Shown: positions 1-12,512 of the stretch, in pieces
Position numbering within the stretch: position 1 is the stretch's first letter
Layout of the letters: each line of letters opens with the position of its first letter
Assembly: GCA_043228905.1 (NCBI GenBank)
Contig: JBHGNT010000009.1
Coordinates: forward strand, 15,562,001-15,626,000
Reading direction: 5' to 3'
Source: Azolla caroliniana
Lineage: Eukaryota > Plantae > Polypodiophyta
DNA length: 64,000 bases
Translations under genes and position numbers: made by a program
The notes under the pieces: generated by a model
Told to the model about the DNA's origin: nothing
The model's database searches: none
Seen by the model: only the letters and a program-made list of their open reading frames with translations

Positions 1-1301
1 TAAATTGCTGCTAAAACATTTGTCTCAAAATTAGGAGTTCGTTTTAACTCCCGCAGTTATGTACTCATATACGAGAAATACTTTGTTGTTGTAGGCAGCA
101 GATATAGCCTAATCAATCAATATGGGTAATTAAAGGCTCTAGTTTCTGGATATGTACATATGTACATGTAAGTTTTTCGGTGTTGTGTGCTGCTCGCTCC
201 TTAGCAAAACCCAAAAAGATTTTGCTTTCTCTCTCTTTCTGTTGTTGCTCTTAATTAAAAACAGAGAGGGAGCCATTAAAGAGGGGGAGGTAGTATGGAA
301 AAAGGTGGTGGGGCTGCTGCTAATTTAAATAATATAATAGGTTTTAAAAAAAAATCGTTTTTAAGAAGAAGAAATTAAGAATGGAAGAGACAAGAGCAAG
401 AGGAGGCGAGGCGTCACAATTTATTTAGCGGGTGGAGATCTCCTCTACATTTAGCAGACTCCATTTTTTAAAAATAACAAAAACAAAAATGTTGTCAGAT
501 CCTCCAGAATGAACACTAAACAGTAAGAAAAAAAAAAGAAAAGGTTTAAATTTAAATTGATAACGAATATAAAAGTATAAGAAATATGGTTAACGCATAT
601 TTATAATCCTGTCCCAAAAGAGAAACAGATAGTTAAAAAAGAAAAGAAGAGAGGAATTAATTAAACACAAAATCTAGGCAACGAAACTTTTTTTTGTTGT
701 GGACTCTTTATTAGCGGTGCTAAAAAATCATCAGTAATTTTTTCAAGAATATCTAAATAATTCGCATCGAAATTACAAAACACATTTTTTTTCTTTATTA
801 TTTAATTATATATATATAAAATTGGGGCACGAGGGCAAAAAAATAAACAAATCGAAAAAACAATTCGGAAGGAACATAAAAAAGGAGGAAAGTAGCAGCA
901 GATGATTGAAAAGAAAGAAAGAGAATTTTCTGGATGAGATTAAAAAATAAAATGCGAATTAATTGGACGGTTTTGCAAACAAAAATAAGCATAAATAAAA
1001 CAAAACATTGCATGCTCATATGAGCTATTCGGAACATAGCAAAAGAGGATATAACGGAATTTACAAAAAAAATCAAAATAAATGAAAACACCCTTGGCAT
1101 AAATATTCATCTGTAAATGAAAAAGAGAAAATATGTTTTGGAATGGTTGTTGCTTCATGGCTTAATTTTTTCTGAACTTAAAAAAAAACGGAATTTAATT
1201 TACGGAAGAACTAAACATGTTTCATACATTGTGTGTAATACAAAAAATCAGGGAGTTAAAAAGAAGAAGCAGCAGAAGTTAAAAACTGCAGCTGCTATTA
1301 C

Positions 1302-1333
<32 letters not shown>

Positions 1334-1686
1334 ATAAAGTAAAAATAAAACAAGAAAAAATGGCAAAACAAAGGAGCACGTTACGAACAAACAGATAATA
1401 TGTATATGTATACAAAAGGTGGCGGCCTGTCTCTATTTCTCTCACCCTAGGATTTAGCGGTGGGGCTAAATTTGAGTAGCGTTGGCCGGCCCGGCCGTGT
1501 CCATCTAAAAAGCAACCATTTGTTTTAATTTCTGTAAAGAAAAGTAGAAAATAACAAACGCAATAAAAAAACAAGGGGAACTAGATAGGTGCGGTGCACA
1601 CACAAACGGAAAACCCCACCCCAAAATCAAAAAACAAAAAGAAAACAAGGGAAGAAAAACTGAGAAATTATAACGACTCCCCTGTG

Positions 1687-1734
1687 TATGTATGTATGTA
1701 TGTATGTATGTATGTATGTATGTATGTATGTATG
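1687..1734. repeat. (TATG)n microsatellite
   Basis: About 12 perfect TATG units, with degenerate copies near 1970-2010. Confidence 0.95.
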
Positions 1735-1866
1735 GCCCTGACCCATCATCTCTCTCTCTTCTGTCTCTCTCCAGACCGCTAAGCAGCCGCCATTCCTCTC
1801 TCTTCCTTTCCTTTTCCCCCCTTGCATCAGCCGAAGGGGGAAGAAGCTTTTTGGATTATGAGCTGT

Positions 1867-1899
1867 CCACGTCAGCGAGTGGGCCCACCTCTGACGTCA
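1867..1899. promoter_or_regulatory. Palindromic cis-element cluster: ACGT/TGACG site, TCP-like site, TGACGTCA
   Basis: CCACGTCA at 1867-1874, GTGGGCCCAC at 1879-1888 and TGACGTCA at 1892-1899. Confidence 0.45.
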
Positions 1900-2348
1900 T
1901 CAGACGCACATAGAGATTAGCATCGCATCACATGTTCTCTCTTTCTTCTCTTTTTATTTCTCTACATATATATGTATGCATGCATGTATGTATGTATGTA
2001 TTGTATGTATGCATCTCTTCTGTCCCATCTGCTGTCTCTCTTGCTCCTTTGTGGTGGGCCACTGCCCTCGTGTCTGTTGTCTTTGCACATTATGTATGTA
2101 TGTGTGTAGTTCATTAGCTATATCTATTTATTTATCCACACAAAACTGAAAAGTGTGTTCAGTCTTCCTTTTGCGGATATTCAAAAATAGACCCAACCAG
2201 AGGAAGATGTGTGAGGATATAGCACAAATAAATATATGTATAGCAGAGAAAACACACAGCCAATTAGAACGAGTGGAGTAGCCACCACAAGAGGAGCGAG
2301 CGAGCGAGTAGTAGTAGAAGGTAGTACCTTCCTTCTCTTTCCTGCTCA

Positions 2349-2358
2349 TATATATAAA
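2349..2358 (+). promoter_or_regulatory. Probable TATA box of the bHLH gene
   Basis: TATATATAAA about 190 bp upstream of the ATG, followed by a pyrimidine patch and a (CT)n tract typical of plant 5' UTRs. Confidence 0.6.
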
Positions 2359-2425
2359 TCTCCACGTTCTCTTTCTTCTTCTTGATCTGTCCGTCAGTCA
2401 GTCACTCATCCACAACTCAATCCAA

Positions 2426-2429
<4 letters not shown>

Positions 2430-2460
<31 letters not shown>
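2430..2460. repeat. (CT)n microsatellite in the presumed bHLH 5' UTR
   Basis: Directly visible. Confidence 0.95.
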
Positions 2461-2463
<3 letters not shown>

Positions 2464-2542
2464 GCTACCATCAGAAGACATACAGACAGATCTTCTTGTT
2501 CGTTTCATAGTAGTGCAGAGTGCAGTGTGTGTGTCTGTGGCC

Positions 2543-4444
2543 ATGGACACGGACATGAGCTTCTTCTTCTGCCCACAACCGCCGCCGCCGCCACACGAGA
2601 TGCAGAAGATGGAGAGCAGCCTATCAGCCATGGACAGTCACCACCACCACAATCTGCTCATGAGCAGCTTGCAGCAGCCCCAGCCATCACTACATTACAA
2701 TAACGATCCCAGCAGCCATCTCATCAGCTCCGATGCAAATGCGACCATGAATCAGGCATTGAGCCACATTAGTAGCCATGGCGGCGGCGCAGGCCATTTG
2801 CCTAGTAAGCTGTATGGAGATGGTATGATGGGTATGGCAGGCCAGGATCATCTCTACCACGCCATGGAATCGGACCAGCCCAAGCTGATGGCGCCCCCAC
2901 CTGATGATGGCCTTGTGGGTGGGGAGGATTCTGCAGAAACCAGCTTGCTGACGCTTCAATCCATCCTCAAGTCTCAGTATGGGATCCATCTCACCCTGCA
3001 ACAGCTCCTCGCCTTCGACGCCTTGCCGGCGCTGCTCCATACTTCCTCTTCCTCTTCTTCCTCCTCCGACAACGTCGACGCCAGCCTCCTCCACGACAAT
3101 CATCCGAATGATCAGACCACCCATCCATACTACGTCTATGATCACAACGAGGTGGATCAGCATGCGCTGCTTCATCCTCCCTATACTAATCTTCTCACTA
3201 CACCCTCTGATCAGGATTTAGCTGGCCCCTTCAATAACATGTTCCATCCCGAATTCGATCAAGTCTCTGGTCTCAATCCCTGGGGGGATCCTCGCCACCA
3301 TATCCGCCCCCACGCTTCTTCTGATGCGCTTAGCTCGCCAGGTACTAGTGCGCAGTCTTCGTCTGTCGTCACTGACGCTGAGAATTCATTTAGCTACCAC
3401 CGTTGCCACGTGAATCAGATTAACTTACGATCAGCAGTACCTCTTCGACTAACTGACGATGCCTACCATCACCCGCCTACCAATACGAATGCCATGGCTA
3501 TCCCTCCCTATCGGAATTCTGAATCCTCAATTCCTTGCATTTGGCAACGCAGTGATTATCATCATCATCATCATCAGCCAGGCTTAGTTGAAACCGTTGA
3601 GCACTATGAACCTCTCCATGGCCACTACCATAACATGGAGATGCATCAGGCGGTCGGTGGTGATAGCCAGAACCTAATGGATGTGATCGAGCCACCGGCT
3701 CAGCGCAGGAAAATATTGCAGGGTTTCACGATGGAGGATGTGAAGAGGGCAGAGAATCAGATGATTCTTATGAGTCGGCAAGATGATAATCAAGAGGCAT
3801 CTAAGGGTCTGATTTCGACGCAGCGCGCGCCTTTTGATGTGGCCATGCCGCTGCTCCGTACATCCCTGCCGGCGGCAAAGCCCTCTCAGGCTCAGTCGCC
3901 GCAGTCGCCTGCTATGGTGCCTCAGATTCCTCTAAACCCGCAGGCTATGTCGCCCATAACTACGTCTTGCTCATTCGACACAGTGAAGCCTAAACCATCA
4001 AGTGGCGCAGTCGCGAAGAAAGTTATGGTGGCGGCGGCGGCTGCGGCTTCTTCAAATTCAGTGGAGCCACAGAGCATAGCCGCACGGCACAGGAGGAAGA
4101 GGATCAGGGAGAAGACGGAAAGCCTGTCATTACTGATCCCAGGGGCGACTCGGCTGGACACTGCAGCCATGTTCGACTTCGCGATCAAGTACGTGAATTT
4201 CATGCAGGCTCAGATGTTTTGCTTGGAGAACGAGGTGGGCAGTAGCAGCACTAGCCAAGGTTTGGAGGCACAGAGCCGAAATGCTACCTTTCGGTCCCAA
4301 ACAGAGCCGGATCCGGCCTCTGCGTGCAACTTCCGGCGTGCCCTCATCCACCGGCTCCTATCATCGCCTGAGATTCAGCACCATTTGTCCAGAGAAGGAG
4401 TCTGCCTGGTCTCTCAGAACCTTGCGGGTCGCCTTCAGCCATGA
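2543..4444 (+). CDS. BNB: Intronless bHLH transcription factor, subfamily VIIIa, BONOBO/AtbHLH52-53-like (633 aa from ATG 2543)
   Basis: Single long ORF with ATG in ccATGG context. The C-terminal bHLH is VEPQSIAARHRRKRIREKTESLSLLIPGATRLDTAAMFDFAIKYVNFMQAQ. It has the subfamily VIII QSxAAR basic region and the EKT..L..LIPG and AxMF signature. The following LLSSPEIQHHLSREGVCLV resembles the LLxSxxIQEKLxxExxC tail I recall for VIIIa proteins. The orthology call is from recalled motifs, not a tree. Confidence 0.8.
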   Translation: MDTDMSFFFCPQPPPPPHEMQKMESSLSAMDSHHHHNLLMSSLQQPQPSLHYNNDPSSHLISSDANATMNQALSHISSHGGGAGHLPSKLYGDGMMGMAGQDHLYHAMESDQPKLMAPPPDDGLVGGEDSAETSLLTLQSILKSQYGIHLTLQQLLAFDALPALLHTSSSSSSSSDNVDASLLHDNHPNDQTTHPYYVYDHNEVDQHALLHPPYTNLLTTPSDQDLAGPFNNMFHPEFDQVSGLNPWGDPRHHIRPHASSDALSSPGTSAQSSSVVTDAENSFSYHRCHVNQINLRSAVPLRLTDDAYHHPPTNTNAMAIPPYRNSESSIPCIWQRSDYHHHHHQPGLVETVEHYEPLHGHYHNMEMHQAVGGDSQNLMDVIEPPAQRRKILQGFTMEDVKRAENQMILMSRQDDNQEASKGLISTQRAPFDVAMPLLRTSLPAAKPSQAQSPQSPAMVPQIPLNPQAMSPITTSCSFDTVKPKPSSGAVAKKVMVAAAAAASSNSVEPQSIAARHRRKRIREKTESLSLLIPGATRLDTAAMFDFAIKYVNFMQAQMFCLENEVGSSSTSQGLEAQSRNATFRSQTEPDPASACNFRRALIHRLLSSPEIQHHLSREGVCLVSQNLAGRLQP

Positions 4445-7383
4445 AATCAGATCAAGTATTTTGCTGAATACAGATCAATGCAGTCTGTCCTAGCTTCTTG
4501 TTCTGAACATGGCTGCTCCAGCTGATTCGTCCATGGTCTCCATTCCCATATGATATACTCATGTCATGATGCGATCTTTTTCGTTCGTTTTTGTTTTGTT
4601 TCGTGCCCGGCCGGGTAATAGCTAGCAAAATTGAGTGGCCTGCACTTCCGTAATTCCATGGATTCCTGCAGATATATATACATATATACATGTGTATTTA
4701 TGTTTCGTGCCCAATTAAGAAAAAGAAGAGAATGATCGCAGAATCGTAAGCCGAAATTGCGTCGCCGAGACTTTAAGCTGTTATTAATTTACGCTGCCAT
4801 GTAGAAACTGTTGAAAGTTTGATTGTACCTGCGTGCCGTTAGTGATCCCAAAAGGAATTTGTAATGATATGGCTATATATGCTTTACTCTTAGAATTCTG
4901 TTCAAGCAAATTAATGTGTAGTATGTGTGTCAATGGTGGTGCACAAGACTTCGTTTCTGTTCCTTTCAGGTTGTCGTAAATGGGGGTTCCTAAGAGACGA
5001 ATAGGGGCCAAAGAAAAGAAGCTTGCCATGGCAACACTTTCTAATCTAAATTTAGATGCATAAAGTCCCTACGTAAAGGCCAGCTTGGCTTTGTTCCCTG
5101 GTTCTTTTTCTGACTGCCATTCTTCACATTAACAATTCTGCGCTCATGTAAAGCTCATATGTTATTGAATTGTATCATATACATACTAGGGTGGGTGGTC
5201 TGCTTCCTTAATGGCTTGATGGCTCTTGCATATCTATCTATCCATGGTTGGAAAGAGGAGCCGTCAATGATGTCCTTAGTATTGTTGATTTAAGTACTGG
5301 CAAAACTTCTTGGTATTTTGTAGGGCCTTGTGGTATGTATGTTGTACTTGTAACCTAACATAGTCACACTACAATAGCTTTCTAGAGAAGGATGAATCTG
5401 TGCGTTTCTTGTCCTGCGTGATTTTGTTGGGGGTTTGTGTCTTTACTTGGGTCCATCTTTGCCATGTAGGTTTCTCTTTTTGGTTGGCTTTCTTGCTTTG
5501 GAGCACTCCTCTCCCACTTCTTTGTGTTTCATTTTCCTCTATTTGTTTTACAAGGTCCCTGAAGCCAATGTCGAATGAATGCATGTATGTTAATATTGTG
5601 AAATGCGCATAAGAGATCAAAACTAGCCTAGTTAGCTTTATACTTCTTACTCAATTTATAGTTGATACAAAGGTACCCATTTGGGTTGGCTTAGCTAAAA
5701 AGGGTGTGCTAAAAGGGTGGCACAAAGGCACACATGCACACTACAATATGTTTGCTTTATAATAACGTGGACATAGAGAATGAGCCAAAATCATGCAAGT
5801 TGTCATATGAAACCAAACAAGTAAATTATACCAATCTAATAGATGAAAATATGGTTTCAAACATCACAATTGCTATAAGGTTTTACATTGGTTGTGTATG
5901 GTGAATGATTGGAATTGATTTACTAAATGGGGACGAGGCCAATTTAGACATGTGCTAATAGAGGGGGCCGGGGGGAAGATAGCTGGTGAGCAAAAGAGAG
6001 TTGTTGATGAGTACAATTCATTTTCTCTCTCAATACATTCCTTGCCTTGCCTCATTTTTGCTATCCTCTAACTATATGTGACACATAACTATTATTTCAT
6101 AGTTTATCACGCTTTCGTTCTATGCTATAGATGAATAGTTTACCATGCTTTGTTCTATGTGCATGGATGAAACTTGGGATGAATGCATCAACCTATCGAT
6201 TATGGAGGCATGGAAGGGCAAGCTGACATTGAAAACCTTGAACAATTGGAAAAGATTCAACTAATGTGAGGACTTGGCACATTTATTGGATGTTGGAAAT
6301 CATTTTTCGGTGCTTAGATTCCCTACCAATGAAGATTTTGAAGATGACTCAGTAGTATGCATGCTAGCAAATACCATATTAAAAGAATTTGTGACGGATG
6401 GTTGAGGCGATTTACTTAACATTGGGGAGGGTAGTCAATCATTTATAATGCAAAAACGTAGTTGCATTATTAAAAGATGCACCCTCTTCGATAATCTATG
6501 TTGATGACATTATCTCTCAAGTTCAATATGGCTCCAGCAAAGAAGAAAGTTGAGGGATACAACAATGTTTATAAATGTGTCCAAAGGGGCATGAAGACAA
6601 TTCTACAGAGGTTTCTCTTTTCAATACATAATAAATGGTATTTGTATTATCAATGGATTTTTTGAATAGTACATCCATCTTTATATGTATCTCTAGAAAT
6701 ATTAGTGAAACCATTTTCTAGCTCAATTTTTCGAGTATTAGGTCTAATTTGAAGCACAAATTTTGAATGCATATCCCCTTTTGTAATTTTGGTCCTTTTT
6801 TGAACACCTCTAAGTTATGATATTAGTCTCTCTTTTGAACTGGGTGCACAAAATTGTAAGATTAATTACATGATTTGAGAGTACACAAATACACATAAAT
6901 TTCATCTTTAGGATTATTAGTCTCTTTTTTGAGCTTAGTGCTAAATCTACTAAGAGTCATTACATAATTTGGAGTTGAAACAATATCAAAGTTAAACAAA
7001 TATCATTCATAGATATGAATTAAACTTAAGGCAATCTTGTTTTTACTTCTTTTTGGATCTTGTTATATGCAAATTCTTTGAAACAATAAAGTTCGATCAT
7101 ATAACCTCATACCGTATTGCTAAGTGGAGCATCATGAGAGTGATGCTATTTGGTAGTGTATTAGTATACAAGTATGGGGAGACACATAGAAAACCTAAAA
7201 AGTCAGAGCTAAACATTAATGATTCAAACAAACAAATTAAAGTTTAGATAATTGAAAATTTGAAAAGTCTTCCGTTGATCCATATCATACAAATTAAAGA
7301 TCCATACTTATAAACATGTTTATGTAATAAAGTGATCATGTCCATTAAAAGGCTCACAGTGACCTTCATTTTCCCAAATTCAT

Positions 7384-7745
7384 TTTGGATCATGTTATAT
7401 GCCAACTTTGTAATAATAAGGTTTGGGCCTAAACCCTTCCTCCTAAATGAGTAGGTAACATACTACCTAGTTTAACTTCGCCATCCTTGTGATCCATAAT
7501 GAGCTCTTTATGGACGGTTGTGTTTGGATCATGTTATATACTAACTTTGTAGCAATAAGGTTTGTGCCTAAACCCTTCCACTTAAATGAGTAGGTAACAT
7601 ACTACCTAATTTAACTTCATCATCTTTGTTATCCTTAATGAACTCTTTATGGATGGTTGTGTTTGGATCATGTTATATGCCAACTTTGTAACAATAAGGT
7701 TTGGGCCTAAACCCTTCCTTCTAAACGAGTAGGTAACATACTACA
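7384..7745. repeat. 139-bp tandem repeat, about 2.6 copies
   Basis: TTTGGATCATGTTATAT...GAGTAGGTAACATACTAC recurs at 7384, 7523 and 7662. Confidence 0.9.
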
Positions 7746-7936
7746 TCTAAATTCGCACCAATTCCATTACTCACAATCATGTGTTAATGACCCAAACAAA
7801 AATATGTAAAATATGCTATATTGGAGTCTTTAAGGGTGTATGGGACGATGTTGAAGTCTTCCACATTTTGCGATCCATTCTCCTCTTTAAGATTCCTCAT
7901 AGGCTCTTGGACATCTTTAATAGTTTGATTCAATAT

Positions 7937-8139
7937 TATTGAGAATCAAACCCAACTTCCCCAATGCAGTGACTTTCACACTAGCAACAAACACTCTAGG
8001 TTCAAGCTAGTTTTGTAAATAGTAGAAAGGGTAGTTGCCCTAAGTTAGTTGGTATTTAAACCAACCCTTTTGTAACTAAGTTACTGTTAGATTTATTTCT
8101 ATCTTTTGCTAATATAACTTCTTGTTCTCTGTCATGCCA

Positions 8140-8184
<45 letters not shown>

Positions 8185-8195
8185 TGTTTTTCTTA

Positions 8196-8261
<66 letters not shown>

Positions 8262-10635
8262 TCCTTATGCTACACAAGATCACCTACACTCTCCATTTCT
8301 TTACATGGTATCGAAGCGTTGTCGTGAAGAATTTCGGCCAGAGGCGGAAACCGGGAACATTGGCTACATCGGTGGGGTGCAGCGTGTGTACGCATCCATG
8401 TACATTTAGTGTGAATATCGAGGGCGCCTTTATGGCGCCGAAGAGTAGTCAAGTCGGGATAGACGATCCCATGTAAGTCGGGATTTGTCCCACATTGTAA
8501 CGCATCCCTTTCCTTGTTCTATAAAAGGAGGGGAACGCCCTTTGTGAAAGGGTTGCCCATTTTGCATTAGAGGGTATACCGTTAGGTTTAGAGTTAGTTT
8601 TTTTCTGCTTCTTCTTCTTCTCCTTCGTGTTCGCTTAGGGTTGGCTTCAACTCATCTCCTGCGCAAGACCCCACTCGGCGCGACGAGCCCGTGAGCTCCC
8701 CGACGGCGGCTTGGCAGCTGACGACTATTGTAACCTGCCTTGGAATGGCTCGAAGCCGGGAATGTATTCTTCTGTTTATATATATACATTTGCGTCTGTC
8801 TGTCTATTCGCGTCTCTGTCGGTGTCGGGTGCTTCCCCTTTTCTGCGTTTCCTGTACATAAGGGCGTGAGTCGTGTCGGCATGTGTGTGTATGGGCGTGT
8901 GTGTGCGTGAGTCGGTGTTAAGCGCGCGCTCCCTCTCTTTCTCTCTCTCTCTCCCTTCGGTCGCTTCTGGTGTTCTTCTGGGGTCCCCCGGAAACGGTGA
9001 AGCACGACTTCCTACGCTCTGTCACTCCCTGGTCCAAGACCCCCGTGGTCCCGCCTTTCTCCACGCACGCGCGTAACAACGCGACAACGTGTGGTTGTTT
9101 GATTCGCTCAACTATGTTGTATTGCTTGCCAACGATCAAACACAATCGGCTCAAACGATAGAGGAGAAAAATGAACACTCACATGGGAAGCGCTCTTCCC
9201 ACTGAGAAACTTGACAGATCAAACTTTGCATCTTGGGAATACAAGATGCACCAATACCTTGTCGTGCAAGGCTATTAGAGCTACGTCGAAGGAGCTCAAG
9301 AAAATCAACCCAACCCGACACATGCTGACTACCCAAATTGGGAGCAAGCGGCGAGTCGTGTGTTGTACTGCCTAACATCATGCGTTCATGGTCACATTCT
9401 TGGCTATGGTTGAGAGGCAAAAACGCTGAAAGAAGCCTGGGGTAATCTCAAGAAGATTTTCGCGGCCAATACGATCGTAAGCAAGCTTCAAATTTGTCAG
9501 GAGTTGAACAATATTCAACAAAGGGATATGTCGGTTACCAACTACACCTTGAAGATCAAGGAGTTGTGCGACGCTCTTGGATCAATCAATGTTGGCATCG
9601 ATGATGACGAAATGGTCCAGATATGCCTCAGTGGCTTAGCAACACAATTCGGCCATCCTTGCAAGGGAGAATCCTTCCTCCTTTTTCAACCTTCAATCGA
9701 TACCGTTGGTCGAAGAAAATCACATACGATCAAGGAACAATGCACCAGATGGTCAAATGCTCTACTCTAGTCAGACAAGGGAAGAGGATTCGGCCAACGA
9801 AACAAAGGCCGATTCAAACAAGGCCGACATGGTCAACCGACCCGAGAGAACGAATCCCACTATTGGCAAGAGGCCAAGAACCCACCAAGGGAGTTCGGCG
9901 GAAGGGGGAGACATCATGCCAGATCAAATTGCAAAAACAACCTGATTGAATGTAGGTACTGTGGAAAATTCGACCACTATGAAGAGGAATGCCGAAAGAA
10001 GAAACGAGAGTCGCCTTCAACCAACCGACAACTTACGAATTATGCCACGAATTCCGACTATGACGACCATGGCATGATGTTCGTAATGAGGCATAAAGCA
10101 CACTGAATGTTCGCAAAGAGTCTAACCAACAACTCTGCTTCAGATAGTGTATGGTTTGTCGATTTTGGAGCATCCAATCACATGACATCTCATGAAGATT
10201 GGTTCCAAGAGTTGCGAAAGCCCGATCGACCCGACTATGTTGAAACTTGGGACGATAGAATTCACCCCATTCAACATGTCGAAAATGTCCCATTTGAGAA
10301 TGATGACAAACAAACCTACAACAAGAATCTCTTGCATGTCCCGACCATCATGAAAAATTAGAACTTGCTCGGTCATATGGTAGAACAAGGCATGCAAGTA
10401 CAGTTCAATCACGAAGTGTGCTTTATAGAAAATGATGGTCAACTTATTGCTCGAGGTCGAAGAGAAGGTCAAATGTTCATCCTCGATTCGGATGAGGTAA
10501 AGTCGGGTATGTTCGCGAAAGGCCTCAAAGTCGACACTGACTTGGAACTGTGGCACAAAAGAATCGACCACATAAATCTCTAGATGCTCAAGGGCATGTA
10601 GTCAAAAGGAGTCATCATAGGCCTCCCGTGTTTTA
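7937..10635 (+). mobile_element. Degenerate Ty1/copia element (family A): 5' LTR, PBS and gag-protease fragments, truncated
   Basis: The LTR ends TTTACA at 8305, followed by TGGTATCG (degenerate tRNA-iMet PBS). The LTR is homologous to 51692-52065. Gag motifs MSVTNYTLKIKELCDAL, protease WFVDFGASNHMT and LWHKRI; many stops and frameshifts. Confidence 0.85.
8320..9086 (+). mobile_element. Solo LTR inserted just after the copia PBS
   Basis: Termini TGTCG...CGACA and an internal CTATAAAAGG TATA near 8519. It interrupts the copia leader. The TSD is imperfect (GCGT/ACGT). Confidence 0.7.
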
Positions 10636-10882
10636 TGTTACCGTACAAGATGTACGAAGAGTTGAGTGACGGTGAAGAAACTTAATGTGGTTGTATGTAT
10701 GTGTAATGTATATGATTATGACTGTGAGTGGATAGATAAGAAGAGGTGTGAGTGAGTGATTAGTGTGAATGGCCAAGGGGGTTTGCACCCCTATGTATCT
10801 ACCCCTTTTGTAACTATTTAACCCCTTATGGGGAATGAATGAAACATGAATAAGTTCTCTCTCTCAACTTCTCTCTCTCTTC

Positions 10883-11139
10883 CATCTTCATTATCATTAA
10901 CTCTAACCCTAAAACCTACAACCCTATTTTGGCATGGTGTCGTAGTTTGGTTTGTACACTACGTAAAATATGTACGGAGTACCCGATTGACGGAGTATAA
11001 AGAAATAAGAGAAAATACTATAATAATTTTGTTACTTGCATAGGGACAAGATTTGAACCCTATACCTCCATGTTAATAATTTGAAGCATTATAGTTATAC
11101 TAACACATCATGAGTGTTAAAAAAGTAGATTTCCCATAT
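10883..11139 (-). repeat. About 260-bp dispersed repeat with a tRNA-derived (Pol III A/B box) head, SINE-like, copy 1
   Basis: Near-identical to 19186-19444. Minus strand has a GGTTCAAATC B box and a degenerate A box. Confidence 0.6.
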
Positions 11140-11995
11140 ACAAACGTTATTTCACGCATATTTTCTAGGAAAAAGCTTTAGTTAGAAGCAAACACATGAT
11201 AGATAAAAGCTACACATGCACATCTAGAGTGCATGAACACTATAGTTGATAAAAAAACGCATGAGGTTAGAAAGAGCATGAAGTTTAGAAAAAGCATAAA
11301 GTTTAGAAGAAAGCATGGATTGCTAAGCCTCTCTTATTACTATATAAGGATGGGAGTAAATTGTAATTGGTGTGTGGAAATTTTATGTGGAAAATTATGG
11401 GGTGATTATTAGGGTCTAAATATTGATTTAATACATTATATATCTGGGATTCACGAATTTTCTTCTATCTATTCCAATCTATTTCAATTTACTATTAGGG
11501 TTCTAAGGTTTGATTAATCTAATTTAATACACTCGTGGGATCCACAAAGTTTTTCTTTCTTTTTCTTTCAATCTATTCATATTCTTATCAAAATATTGAT
11601 TAATACACTATACTCGTGGGATTCACAAGTTTGCTATAGATCTCTCTTATAATATATTTATAACTAGATTCGTCTCAAATTCTTCTTCCTCCTAGTCCAA
11701 AACCTTGGTGGTTTCCACCCGGCTCACGCAACGATCCGACGCCGAAAGACACGACAACGGTGAAGAAGATGAAAAGCCGGAGCCGGAGAACTCAACACAA
11801 CACCAGCTTGAATAACAGCCGGAACCTCAGCCGGAGATGCAAACAGAGCAGACGCAAAAGGAGCAACCGGACATACAAGCGAAGCAGCCGGAGATGGAGC
11901 AACATGTAAAAGAATAGCGTGTGTAGAAGCGTATGCGAAACACAGAGTACACAGTTCTGGAAACAACAGAAAACACAGAGATGGAGATGGATATG

Positions 11996-12045
<50 letters not shown>

Positions 12046-12512
12046 AGACAACAGAAAACTCAAATTCAAAATAATGACTCTCTGTGTACATACACCGTGT
12101 TCAGTGAGCACCTTTTATACAAGCCCTGAAAATCGGGCTGACACAAGTATTCATAGTACTTACACTCACTCCCAAAATTATTCCTTTCGAGGAATATCTT
12201 TCTAATGGCCTCGCGGTGTTCGCACCGTTACGACTTATGTTATGCGTAATGTTTTACGCACCTAGTCTACGCACTGGGTTACGCACCGTGTTACGCACCC
12301 AACGTTGAGCTTGTCACTCAACACTCCCCCTCAAGCTCAACTTGAGGTTCCGTCCGCTCTTCTGGATCTACGCTCTGGTTCCTTCTGGCTTCACACCTCG
12401 CTCGCGCTCCTCGACCCGTTCGATTCCGTGCGCTTCGACCCTTCCGGTAAGCTTGTCAGCTTGTTCGGCCCTTCTTAGCTCCCTTGCTGTCGCGGTGTCA
12501 GCGCGTCCTTCG

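Noticed and set aside
798-2349. Short ORFs upstream of the bHLH
   Set aside because: AT-rich or microsatellite-derived translations with no recognisable domains.
2513-2542. ORF-track start of the bHLH at 2513
   Set aside because: It is a GTG start; the first ATG in strong context is at 2543.
7384-7745. CRISPR-like array
   Set aside because: The whole 139-bp unit repeats with no unique spacers, the context is eukaryotic, and there are no cas genes.
10925-10945. CTATTTTGGCATGG as an LTR end plus PBS
   Set aside because: It resembles the spacer at 18845, but the tRNA match stops after 7 nt and it lies inside a repeat shared on both sides with 19186-19444.
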